The notes under the pieces: generated by a model
The model's input: the letters and a program-made list of their open reading frames with translations, nothing else
Told to the model about the DNA's origin: nothing
Databases searched by the model: none
In this document: in pieces, positions 10,499 through 23,051 of the stretch
How the letters are laid out: every line of letters begins with the position of its first letter
Position numbering within the stretch: the stretch's first letter is position 1
From: Sminthopsis crassicaudata
Lineage: Eukaryota
Assembly: GCF_048593235.1 (NCBI RefSeq)
Contig: NC_133621.1
Span: 229,297,238 to 229,361,237, forward strand
DNA: 64,000 nt
Reading direction: 5' to 3'
Made by a program: the position numbers and the translations under genes

Positions 10499-11145
10499 AT
10501 ATATACCCTCTCTTTCTACTTTTTGCTCTAGGAACTATAATGAAATCAATCTTCCCATTGTTTTTGAAGGAGCAGACATTTCTTTGCTTCGGTCTACTAT
10601 ACTTTATGACTTCCCAGTATAAAAACCATGTTTCTTGGACATGGGTATTCTAAGTATGTTGTCTTCCTCATTAAGATTTAAGTTCCTTCTAATAAGGGTA
10701 TTTTTTGCTATGTGTACTTTGTATTCCATTTGAGATGACACTAATTCTATTTCTAACTAATTCCATTTCTCTAATCTTGAATATCTTATATATGCAGTTG
10801 TGTTTTCACTTTTCTTTTTATTTTCAACACTCAAAATGGTGCATTATACATGGATAGCATTTATTAAATTCTTATTGACTATTTGACTCCCTAGCACTTA
10901 ACACTAAAGCTTAGAATGTAGAAAACACTAATAAATGCTTTTCATTCATTCATTTACAATGTGCATTGTATATGGTGTGTCTATGTATGGATGGGTGTGG
11001 TAAGCACAAAAGTTAATTTGGAATGATCAATGGAATTATACACATTATAAATCATTACTTTTATAACTAGAAGAGACATTAGAAATCATTTAATCTAACT
11101 TCATTTTACAGAGGAGGAAACTGAGGTTAAGAAAAGCTAAATAAG

Positions 11146-11290
11146 GGGGCAGCTAGGTGGCTCAGTGGATAGAGCACCAGCCTTGAATTCAGGAGTTCAA
11201 ATCTGGTCTCAGACACTTAACACTTCCTAGCTGTGTGACCCTGGGCAAGTCACTTAACCCCAGCCTCAGAAAAAGAAAAAAAGAAAGAAA
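11146..11290 (+). mobile_element. WSINE1-type SINE inserted in a MIR (~11055-11385)
   Basis: A box and core present; 14-bp TSD aagaaaagctaaat on both sides; 8-nt deletion just before the B box. Confidence 0.93.
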
Positions 11291-12935
11291 GAAAAGCTAA
11301 ATGATTTCTATGATTACAGAGTTATTAGCTGTCAGAGACTGGATATCTTCCAGGTCCAAGGTCTTATCCATTATAATATGACATCAAGGAGCTTATTCTT
11401 ATAAGATGGAGACAACAATCACATAAAATAACTACTTTTCTCTACTTCCAACATATACTCTCTGCTTCAAGCAAACTAGTTTCACTTTCCACAGAAATAA
11501 GTAATACTATATCTTCCTTCCTTGCCTTTGTATATGTAGCACCTCTTAAGATCTCCTTCATGCAACTTTAACTATCACTAGCTAGATCCTCAGAGAGGTG
11601 GCTATTACTACTCCCAGGATTCTAGGGACAACCTTATGGATAGCCACTAGATCATGATGCCCCCCCAATATGTGCTTTCTCTTAACAATCAATCAGAACA
11701 CTCAAAGAAATATTTAGTAAAGACAATTTGTTCAAATGACATAGCAAGAGCAACAAGACAAATACAAATAATTTCTCCTAGCAGCAAGGATAATCTTTAC
11801 TAAAATATATATATTTAGATTTCAGAGAGAGAAATTGTAGGCAAGAACTCAAAGTACAAAATAGTGAGTGAGGCACATGAATAGAAGATGCATGTGGCCA
11901 AGGCATCTCACAACTCTAGAACTACAGGACCTCAATGTTGTTTTTCTCTCCAGAGGGTCCTCATGAAATTTTAAATTAGTCTATCTTTATTCAGCAGGTC
12001 TAATTCCTAGAGGATGTTGCTGATGTACAAGTGGCTTAGGTGCACTTGCTAATCCTAGAATATAATGTCTTATTACAGACTAGCTCCTGACTAGCTGCTG
12101 TAGAACTGGCCTAGATAACTACTTGAGGTGGCTTCTGGTTGGAGCCAAACAGGGTATTTTGTCAGTGAACAGTGGCTACTGAACTGGAGCAAGTAGCTCT
12201 GTTGCTGGACAGCTGCTGCTAGGCTGAGTGAGACAGAATGCTCTCCCTCTGATCTCTTCTCAGGATGTGGCATCTCTTCTAGATGGATCAATCCTGTGAT
12301 CTATGGGATGGGTAGTTGAAATAATATGCCACTCTAGCCATTGACTAGACTTTGGAGGCATTATGCTTTCCTCAGCTAAAATGTAAGTCATCTTTTCCTA
12401 CAGAGTGCTACAAAAAATTTTGGCTAGAGTAATGACTCTGATCTGATGATCATTCTTTTTCCCTCTCCCATACTCTTTGGGAATCTGAAGAAGATAATGG
12501 TTAGGAACAACTGAGTCCAGTTTATGCCTTGTGTTTTTATTTATCTTGCTGGCCTCTTCATATGCAGTTAAGGTATTATAAGCCTTTCTAGACTAGGAAA
12601 TCTTTTATTTTGCTTCCTAAGACTTTTCTCTTTATCTTCCAATATCTCTGTCTTTTAGCCTCTACAAGTATATAGCTTTTGCTAAAGTTTCATTGGGACA
12701 NNNNNNNNNNNNNNNNNNNNNNNNNNNNNNNNNNNNNNNNNNNNNNNNNNNNNNNNNNNNNNNNNNNNNNNNNNNNNNNNNNNNNNNNNNNNNNNNNNNN
12801 NNNNNNNNNNNNNNNNNNNNNNNNNNNNNNNNNNNNNNNNNNNNNNNNNNNNNNNNNNNNNNNNNNNNNNNNNNNNNNNNNNNNNNNNNNNNNNNNNNNN
12901 NNNNNNNNNNNNNNNNNNNNNNNNNNNNNNNNNNN

Positions 12936-13170
12936 TTCAGTTAGGTGATGCAGTAAACAGAGTGCTTGACTTGGTGTGGGAAGATTTGAGTTCAAATCTG
13001 AACTTAGGTGTAGGCCATCTAACCTCTGTTTGCCTCAGTTTCCTTATCTGTAAAAGAGGGATAATAACATTTACCTCCAAGTTCAACCCAGGTGAGGATC
13101 AAATGAAGTAATAATTGCAAAATGCTTAGCACAGTGTCTGACACATAGTTAATACTATTGAAATGTTAGC
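12936..13170 (+). mobile_element. MIR-type CORE-SINE
   Basis: gagttcaaatc, core aacctctgtttgcctcagtttccttatctgtaaaa, and an L2-like tail. Confidence 0.8.
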
Positions 13171-14224
13171 TACTATTGTCATTATTATATAAAGTGATAA
13201 CACAATAAAAAAGACAAAACCAAGAGAACAATACATATATATATATATATAAACTATAATAATGTAAATGACATAACCCTAAAAAGCAGTCAGATTCTGA
13301 TAACATCATATGGAAAATCTCAGTCCTGGAGAATTGATAAAGAAAGATACCTTCCATCCATAGTGGAGACTACAGATAAAAAACAGTTTACACAGTCAAA
13401 AGATATAGATACATCTGCTAACTTTTGTTTCTTTATTTATTATAAAACATGGAACAAGCATATGGATGGCCATTTCTTATATTGTTCCTGGAGCTCCTTT
13501 TTGGCTATTGCTTGATAGATATGTGGTTCAGTAATGAATGGATCAGCATTTTGGGGGTTACATAGAAAACCCTATGAAAGTGACAGATAATATGATATTG
13601 CATCATTTAGAAATGAAAGAAATCTTTTCATTTCTCTTTTTTTGTTCCATCCTTTGGAACATATGACAAGTAGTCTCTTTGCCCAGGCATACCCACAAAT
13701 GGGTTAGGGTGATAACCTTGTTCTACTCCAATAGCATGGAAGCTGTAATCATATATAAAAGACATTTTAATTTAGGCAAACCTAGGGCTGAACTTTGGAC
13801 TTGTGGCTTCCTCTTCTGTTTTTTGTTTCATCACTGAACAGAGATTCATTGAACAAATCCACAATGGAAATATGCAGCTGTGGAAGTAACCTTGTGAGTT
13901 CTAGAGGTCTGGAGCTCCCAGATCCATCTGTTAGAACTAATTGAGAGTGGGGAAAGTATTCTATAACTATACCTTTCTGAATATGACTATCAATGAGAGG
14001 ATGAGCTCAAGTCCTGGTCTGGCTTGCCAAAATACATGTTATTAGATGTAATTGTTGGGACAGTACAGAGTAAAGGTGAAATGTGAATTGCTCAATCAGC
14101 AGTCCCTAAACCTATTTCATATTTTTATATTTAAATTTCAACTTCTTAGAAGAACATGATCATAGTGTAAAAATCACTTTGTCAACTTAGATTTATTCAT
14201 TTCTTGTGTTAAGCATTTTTAATG

Positions 14225-14719
14225 GAGTCTGTCAGTCAACACTATATTAAAGCTTATTATGTGCTAAATGCTAGGGATGTAAAGAAAAGCAAAAACAGCA
14301 TCTGTTTTCTAGGAGCCTACATTCTATTTATGCAAATAATTAAGTACACACAATATTATACATATAGGGTCAGCTATGAAGATGAAGAAAGGCTTTCTTC
14401 AGAAGGTAGGGTTTAACTGAACCATGAAAGAAGTTAAAGAAACTAAGAGGTAGGGATAAGAGGACAAGTATTCTAGGCAGAAGGGACAAAGGCATGGAGA
14501 TGGAAGGTGGAGTATCATATTGGTGGAATAGAGAGTGGGCCAGTGTCTCTGGAATGTATAATATATGGAAGAGTTGTGTGAGAAGATTTGAAAGGTAGGA
14601 AGAGGCCAGATTATGAAGAGCTTTAAATACCAAACAGAGTGGAGGATAACTTAGAGTAGGTAGACATTTAAGGCAGGAGACTACTTAGAAGACTATTGTA
14701 ATAGTAATAGGTGAGATGG
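14225..14719 (-). mobile_element. L2 LINE
   Basis: gtcagtcaacactatattaaagcttattatgtgctaaatgctaggg... follows the antisense L2 consensus. Confidence 0.75.
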
Positions 14720-15589
14720 NNNNNNNNNNNNNNNNNNNNNNNNNNNNNNNNNNNNNNNNNNNNNNNNNNNNNNNNNNNNNNNNNNNNNNNNNNNNNNNNN
14801 NNNNNNNNNNNNNNNNNNNNNNNNNNNNNNNNNNNNNNNNNNNNNNNNNNNNNNNNNNNNNNNNNNNNNNNNNNNNNNNNNNNNNNNNNNNNNNNNNNNN
14901 NNNNNNNNNNNNNNNNNNNNNNNNNNNNNNNNNNNNNNNNNNNNNNNNNNNNNNNNNNNNNNNNNNNNNNNNNNNNNNNNNNNNNNNNNNNNNNNNNNNN
15001 NNNNNNNNNNNNNNNNNNNNNNNNNNNNNNNNNNNNNNNNNNNNNNNNNNNNNNNNNNNNNNNNNNNNNNNNNNNNNNNNNNNNNNNNNNNNNNNNNNNN
15101 NNNNNNNNNNNNNNNNNNNNNNNNNNNNNNNNNNNNNNNNNNNNNNNNNNNNNNNNNNNNNNNNNNNNNNNNNNNNNNNNNNNNNNNNNNNNNNNNNNNN
15201 NNNNNNNNNNNNNNNNNNNNNNNNNNNNNNNNNNNNNNNNNNNNNNNNNNNNNNNNNNNNNNNNNNNNNNNNNNNNNNNNNNNNNNNNNNNNNNNNNNNN
15301 NNNNNNNNNNNNNNNNNNNNNNNNNNNNNNNNNNNNNNNNNNNNNNNNNNNNNNNNNNNNNNNNNNNNNNNNNNNNNNNNNNNNNNNNNNNNNNNNNNNN
15401 NNNNNNNNNNNNNNNNNNNNNNNNNNNNNNNNNNNNNAAGATTTAACAATGAACTGTATATGTGGGGTGATGGAAGAGGGAAAGGTTTAGGATAATTCTA
15501 TAATTGCAAGCTGGAGTGACTGGAGAGGATGGTAGGTGCCCTTAACAATAATAGGGAAGTTTGGAGGAGATGTAGTTCAATTGGGAATT

Positions 15590-16290
15590 CCAGACTAGAA
15601 CTTAAGAAAGAAATAAGGTTGAACATATAAATGCAAAATCTTACACTTGGATTAAAAATATAGGATAGGGTGGGTAGGATGGAGGAGACATGGTTAAATA
15701 ACTGTTCATCCGAAAAAGGTCTGAAGGATTATTGGATTGTAAATTCAATATGAATTAGTAGTATGATGTAGAAGTAAAAAAAAAAAAAAAAAAAAAGCTA
15801 ATGTCATCTTGGGCTGCATTTAAAAAGCATAACTTTTAGGACTAAAGAGGTTATTTAAATATGAATCCTTTTCATCCTGCCCTGATCATTCTTCATCTAG
15901 AGTATTGTGTTCACTTCTGGACAGCCTCAAAGGGGACCTAAGAAGGATGGAGGAGGGGTAGGAAAGTGTTGAAGAACTAGATAATACATATTATATGTTA
16001 TGAGGAAATTAGGGATCTTTAACCTGGAGGAGAAAAGACTTGGGGGGAACAAATGCTCCTGAGTACTTAAAAGGACTATCATCTGATGTATATATTGGGA
16101 AGAAACCAATTTAGGGTCAATATCCAGCAGAAGTTCTTAACGATTAAGGAGTGTAGCACAAAGTCTGTTTGTACAGATAATGAGATCCTCCTTCATTTGG
16201 ATTTTCATGAGACTGAATGACAGCTTGTTGGGTATGATATAGAGCATATTCATTTCATGTACAGGAATTACCTCCCAAGTCTTAACTTAT
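15590..16290 (+). mobile_element. L3/CR1 LINE 3' region
   Basis: aagctaatgtcatcttgggctgcatt, gagtattgtgttcacttctgg and tagggatctttaacctggaggagaaaagact are CR1 signatures. Confidence 0.8.
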
Positions 16291-16846
16291 GTGTGAAAAT
16301 AACTATAGCTGTCATTAAGAGTCCCTTCTAGTTATATTGCTCAACTGGCCTAAATCACAAGGCTAATCCATGCCTCTGTTGGCACCAGGTCATTGTCTGA
16401 ATCCTATGATCCTGTTACATGAATGCAAGTCCATCCTGTTTTCTATCATGGGCTCTATTTTGTTTAGTCCAAAGTTGAGGATTTAGTAACTGATTTCCAA
16501 GTGACTTCTTTTCAGTATATCTTTTTGGAGACCTTAAACCCCTGAGGATGCCAGGAGGAACTTAAAGAAAGCATTGACTCTCTTCCATGCCTGGAATCTA
16601 CTTTCTCTCACTTCTGCCTCTTACTCCCTTAGAATTCAGTTCAAATACCTCTTTCTACATGAAGCTTTTCTTGATCTCCTCAACTCTGCCAAATATAAGT
16701 GACTGCCTCGTGCCTTATATTTCTCTTACAAATGCTTGTATAGGAGCATATCATCTTCCCCTGAGAGAATATAAGCTCTTTGGGGGTAGAGATTGGTTAA
16801 GTTTTGTCTTAGCATGTAGCATATCTGGCACATAATAGGTGCTTTT

Positions 16847-17081
16847 ATTATTCAATTGTTTTGCAGTTGTACCTGACTCATTTTGACCCCATTTGGGGTT
16901 TTCTTGACAAAGACACTGGAATGGTTTGTAATTTCCTTCTCTCACTGTTACACAGATGAACAAACAGGGCAAACAAAGTTAAGTGACTTGCTCAGGGTCA
17001 TCCAGCTCTGAGGACAGATTTCATCTTGGGAAGATAGATCTTTTTCTTTCTCTAGCCAGCCTCTATCCATTGTACCACCTT
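16847..17081 (-). mobile_element. MAR1-type SINE (CORE plus RTE-like tail)
   Basis: gaccccatttggggttttcttgacaaagacactggaatggtttgtaatttccttctc followed by the core. Confidence 0.85.
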
Positions 17082-18487
17082 TGGTGTTCAGTAGGTATGT
17101 GATTAATACTTAATTGCTGCTTCTCTGTGGTATTTATTGAAATAGACTCTAAGAAGTCCTGTAACTTTTGCTAGAATCCCACAGCACTGGTACACTGAAA
17201 AAGGAATACAAACTCAGAATGTATTGTCAAGGGAGATAACCAAAGTCATCAGCTTCTAACTCACAGCAAAACCTAATTATAAAGCCTCCCTAGTGGCCCA
17301 AGTACCACGAAGTACAGGGACGTGTTAAGAAAGCTACCCAGTTATAGTAATCCCTGAAGATGTCCTGCTTTGAGTAGAAACCCCCGTGGTTTCTGGCTCT
17401 CCCTCCTGGTGCACAGCTCTGCAAGTCTGATATCATGGACTAAAAACTAATGTTGGTACTCTCTGCCTTTTCATGTTGCTATTACATGTTTTGAGATAGC
17501 TTCAGAATAAAAGGAAATCTATTTTTCTCCTTAAATTGTTATTTTCCTATCTGATAATGTAACTGCTCTAGCTCATTCTGGTTAAAGTGTCAAGTGCTGC
17601 TGGTAAATATTTGTAATAAAAATGTCAAAAAAAAATAAAGTATGCACAACATACTAGTTCTGATTTGTAGTTATTTGCTGATTAGAGAGATGTTAATACT
17701 TACACTGACAATTTAACAATTAGTTCTTGCAGGTTCAAACTGGCTCTAGCATACCCTTAAACAGTATTTCCCCCTCTAAGTCCTGTTCTCTACTAATTCA
17801 TTCCCAGAGAAGGGGAGCCCCTCTGAGGGAGTCATCCTTGGATGTGGGGTTGGGGAGGGCGGCTAATTTTTACAAAATATTTCTCCCTGCTTACTGCAGT
17901 GCCATGTTCTTCTTCCCTTTGATAAGTTGGCTCTATATCCCTTTGTAAAATATCATCATGACCTTGTCTCAGTGTGTCTCTAGACCAACATGTGGCCTTT
18001 TCTTTTTGACTAGTCTTCCTGCCTTTCTAAAAAGGTTAGCAAAACCAAGGACTATTCCATTCACTTCCTCTCTTCTAGCTGTATCTTTAGTTTTTGGTTT
18101 GTTTTGTTTTCAAGAGAGAAAAGCTGGCTCTCATATCTTTTCTTTCTATGTGTCTCCATCTGAAGGGCCTAAACTTAGAAAGGTTTAACCCTCAGAGGCC
18201 TTTTCCAGTCTCGTGACTCAAAACCACTTCACTCAAACCTGTTTATAGCCAAGAGAATGGTTGTCAGTAATATCTGACCTCATGACATCTCTGGCAAGAC
18301 CAAGAAGACTCTTGGTCTTTTGATCAGACCTCCTGATTTATGGGGAGGGATAAAGGAAGAATTAAGAATTTATTCTATTCATTTTGGTCAGGACCACTAC
18401 ATAAATAAACCAGTTTTAAGAACTGGGTGAACAAATTAAGAAGCTGGGTAAATCCATGGTATATATATATAAATAATTAACTCTTAT

Positions 18488-18489
<2 letters not shown>

Positions 18490-18535
<46 letters not shown>
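18490..18535. repeat. (TG)n microsatellite, ~22 units
   Basis: Read directly. Confidence 0.97.
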
Positions 18536-18538
<3 letters not shown>

Positions 18539-18539
18539 A

Positions 18540-19900
18540 AACTGAAAACCATTTTCCAATAGATAAGTGGTCAAAAAAATATGAACAAAGAATTCTTAAA
18601 ACAATTGCAAACTATTAAGAATCATATGAAAAAAATGTTATGAATCACTAATAATAAGAGAAATGTAAATCAAAATAACCCTGAGGTTTTATCTTACACC
18701 CTGCAAAATGGCAAAGATGGCAAAAGATGTAATAGGCAAGATTGTAGGGACCGTGAGAAAGAGAGATGCCTATTGGTACGTTATTGGTGGGATTGTAAAT
18801 TAATACAATTATATGGAAAGCAATGAGGAATTATGCAAATAAAGTAATTGAAATATCCATAGTCTTTGTCCCAAAGATTTCACTAGTAGACCTATACCCC
18901 AAGAAGACCATCAATAAGAAGAAAGCCCCCACACACTCCAAAACATTTAGGATAGTACTTCTTTTTTAGATTGCTTTTTTTCAATAGCATTTTATTTTTC
19001 CAAGTACATATAAAGATAGTTTTCAACATTCATTTTTCTAAAATTTTGTGTTCTAATTTTTCTTTCTCCCTCTTCCCCAAGATAGCAAGCAATGTAATAT
19101 AGGTTAAATACATGCAATTTTAAAAACATATTTCCATATTTGTAATGTTTTACAAAAATATCAGGTCATAAAAGAAAAAAAGAATGAGAGCAAAAAAAAA
19201 AAGCAAGCAAATAACAACAACAACAAAAGATGAAAATATTATGCTTTGATCCACTTTCAGTCTCCATAGTTCTTTCTCTGGATGCAGATAAAAGTTTCCA
19301 TCCAAGTCTATTGGAATTGCATTGAATCATTGCATTGTTGAAAAGAGCCAAGTGCCTCATAATTAATCATCACATAATCTTGTTACTATGTACAATGTTC
19401 TCTTGTTTCTGCTCACTTCACTTAGCATCAGTTCATGGTAAGTCTTTCGGAAAACTTTTCTAAAATCATCCTGCTGATCATTTCTTAGAACAAGGATATT
19501 CCATTACATTCATATACCATAACTTATTCAGCCATTCTCCAACTAATGGACATCCACTCAATTTCCAGTTTCTTGCCACTACAAAAAGAGCAGATATAAA
19601 CATATTTGCATGTGTGGATTCTTTTCCCTCTTTTATGATCTCTTTGGGATATAGACCCAGTAGTGATACTGTTGAATCAAAGGGTATGCATAGTTTTATA
19701 GCCATTTGGGCATAGTTTCAATTTGCTCTCCAGAATGATTAGATACATTCACAGTTCTATAGAATAGTATTTTTTTGTGATTGGAAACAAAAATAAATAT
19801 GGATTAATTGCGGAATGGTTAAAAAAATCAGGATTCATGAATACAATGGAATATTACTGTGCTGTTAAGAAATAACAAATATGATAGAGAGAAATGTGAA
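18540..19900. mobile_element. Old plus-strand L1 fragment interrupted by a minus-strand L1 3' fragment (~18966-19760)
   Basis: Degenerate TSD aggatagtacttcttt (18949) / agaatagtattttttt (19761). The minus ORF 19478-19705 resembles the L1 ORF2 C-terminus. Confidence 0.8.
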
Positions 19901-21047
19901 AAAACTGAACTGAACTGACTCCTTTCTATTGTTCCAGCCCCTGGCCTTCCAGTAGTACCATCTTAGATAATTGCAGGCACTACACTTGAAACTCAGTATA
20001 GTCAGTTCCAAGAACCCAGCCATTATCCACCAACCCCCAGCTGTATAGTTTAAGAGTTTGTTGTCCTATCCATTGTCATCTACTGCTTTTCACAATCCTG
20101 AGTTCCTCTATCTTGGTTTTATAAGGACTCATGAAATTGGATAAAAACATCTGTCAGCTATGTCAGTCTATATGGAAAAGCATCTTATCCTCTTCCTCCT
20201 CCCTCTCCCCCCACTGCTGGTCACTCAGTCCTTGTCACTTGGAGGTCCTCATTTAATCTTTTCTGGTAAAGTTTCCACCAAGCCCACCTCCTCCTATACC
20301 AAGATGGATCAGGTGGAAAAATGGTTGATCAAATTTCTTCAGTCTTTTAAAAATTGTTTGTATTTCAAATATTGATATTAGAGTACAGACTTCTCTTGTT
20401 CTTCTCACTTCCCTCTACATCAGTTCATACAAATTGAAATCATCCTCTTCAGCATTTCTTCTAACAACAGTATTCTATTACATCTATATACTATGATTTG
20501 TTTAATCATTCTATGATTAATTCCTTTAGTTTTCAGATCTTTGCCACTACTAAAAGAGCTGCTATAAACATTTTGATACATATGGGCCCTTCTCTTCCTT
20601 TCTCTTTGGGGTATAGGTTTAAGACTGATATATCCATGTATCTAGTACTAGGACCTCTAACTATAAGGGTCCTATAACCTCTGACATGGGTGTTTCTGAG
20701 AGAATAGAGACTCTCTCAGNNNNNNNNNNNNNNNNNNNNNNNNNNNNNNNNNNNNNNNNNNNNNNNNNNNNNNNNNNNNNNNNNNNNNNNNNNNNNNNNN
20801 NNNNNNNNNNNNNNNNNNNNNNNNNNNNNNNNNNNNNNNNNNNNNNNNNNNNNNNNNNNNNNNNNNNNNNNNNNNNNNNNNNNNNNNNNNNNNNNNNNNN
20901 NNNNNNNNNNNNNNNNNNNNNNNNNNNNNNNNNNNNNNNNNNNNNNNNNNNNNNNNNNNNNNNNNNNNNNNNNNNNNNNNNNNNNNNNNNNNNNNNNNNN
21001 NNNNNNNNNNNNNNNNNNNNNNNNNNNNNNNNNNNNNNNNNNNNNNT

Positions 21048-23051
21048 ATGTCTAGTCAAGCAAAACAAATTCCCACTTGGCCATGTCCAGAGACATATGC
21101 TTAATTCTGCATCTTGAGTCTATCACCTCTCTTTCAGGAGCTGAGATGCATAATTACCCCCTGGAAGCATGATGGCTTTTATGTTGATTAGAATTCTTAA
21201 GTCTTTCAAAGTTGTTTGTGTTTATTATTATTAAGGATATCACTGAGACCGACCTTGAGATAACAATGCTTCAAAATTCTTTGTGCTGAAGAGCTTAGGA
21301 AACTTAGAGCTCAGATCTTTATGTGCAGAAGCATATAAAACTCCATGGACATTTATGCCAGGAATGCAAACACACAAAGAAAGCAATTCAGAAACCTACT
21401 GTATCACCAAAAGGTCTTACTTACCTTATTTGTTCTCTCCATCTCTAATACACAGTGGGTTTCATGAATGATTGTTCCTTCCCTTGAAACTTCTGGGTCA
21501 GAGATCCTTAAGCTGAGGCCCAAGGGTGAGTAGATTTCAGAAACTTCTATGAAAAAAAAATCCATTTTTATTATGTTATGCTTTAAAAAATTTGATTCTG
21601 AAGCAGTATATATAAGCTTCACCAGAGAGCCTAAGGGAAGCATGATACCATAGAGATTAAGAACTGTTGCTTTGGAATGTGATAGGACCCCACTCTTTAC
21701 CTATTTTCTATCCAACTTATTAGCTCCATTTTCTCCATGATGCTGAGTCTACTTACCTATTATCTCTTCAAGACAGTGATATGTGTATGTCCTCTTTCCA
21801 TTTACTTTTTTGTGTCTACATATGAGGGGTACATATTCTCTTGAAGAAAGGTGGCAAGAATGGCAAGGATTTTGGTGAGATATCAAAGTAGATCTCTGGC
21901 GGATGGGACTTTTGCACAAGACTATCTGACTAGTAAGTCTTTTCCTTTTGATTGTTTGTCAATAATATATTCCTTGGGGCAGCTAGGTGGTGCAGTGGAT
22001 GGTCTCAGACACTTATCACTGCCTAGCTATGTGACCCCAGGCAAGTCACTTAAAACTCAATTGCCCTAAAAACAAAAACAAAAAACAAACAAATAATACA
22101 TTTCTTGAAGATAAATGCTTTATATTTCTCCTGTACTTTCCCTAGGACTTAGGACATAATAGAGATTCAACAAATACTTGTGGCTTGTTTGAAGATACAA
22201 GCTAATTCTTTTTTTTTTTCTCTTGTGCTTGTCCCTGGCAAGACTTGGTTATCCCAATAAATAAAAGCCTTCTAACACTATTTATAGAGAGAGTTACAAT
22301 ATAGGGCATCAGACATTCACAAGGTTAGGTACTTAAACATATCATCACCTACACCCCTATTATCACAGGCATAGGGCAAATTCATTGATTCCTTTATTTT
22401 GGGGGGCCTCCTCACCTTACTCCAAGCTGCTATTACTGGATTCCTTCTTCTTCCACCCTTCCTGTTGAAAGGGTGATATTTCTGAACCAAGAGATCACTC
22501 TGAGAGATCATTTAAGTTGTTATGTATAACAAGAACCATTTATATGTTCCTATTTCTCTAGTTGCTTGAGGTTTACAAAATGCTTCTTGACACAACTTAT
22601 GAAGTCAATTTCTATTATCCCCATTTTACAACTAAGGGAACAGCCTCAGAGACAGAAAATATCTTTACTATAGTCAAATAGCATCCAAGTAAACGTCCAA
22701 GACAAGATGTAGTGGATAAAGCTCTGGCCTGGATCCAGGAAGTCCTGGTTCTGTGACACTGGAAAACAAAGACCTTATCATTAAAATGAGGGGATTGTGG
22801 GAAGATTTGTATGAATGGATGCAGAATCAAGTGAGTACAACCAGAAAAACAATTTATACAATGATAACAACATAATAAATATAAACAACTTTGAAAGACT
22901 TAAGAATTCTAATCAACATAAAAGCCAACATGCTTCCAGGGGTAATTATGCATCTCAGCTCCTGAAAGAGAGGTGATAGACTCAAGATGCAAAATTAAGC
23001 ATATGTCTTTGGACATGGCCAAGTGGGAATTTGTTTTGCTTGACTAGACAT
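21048..23051. repeat. Inverted repeat pair of L1-like 3' sequence: arm A 21048-21217, arm B 22883-23051
   Basis: By manual alignment the reverse complement of arm B matches arm A with 3 substitutions and 1 indel over 170 bp. Confidence 0.95.
21976..22090 (+). mobile_element. Internally deleted WSINE1-like SINE
   Basis: GGGGCAGCTAGG start, B-box region missing, (A4-5C)n tail, degenerate TSD aataatatattccttg / aataatacatttcttg. Confidence 0.85.

Noticed and set aside
18214-18227. AP-1 (TGACTCA) next to a RUNX-like motif; other TGACTCA copies at 25629 and elsewhere
   Set aside because: Isolated 7-mers are expected several times by chance, and there is no independent support.
20658-20674. TAACTATAAGGGTCCTA, 16/17 match to the left part of the I-CeuI site in bacterial 23S rRNA
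   Set aside because: Similarity stops there and there is no flanking rRNA homology; treated as chance.
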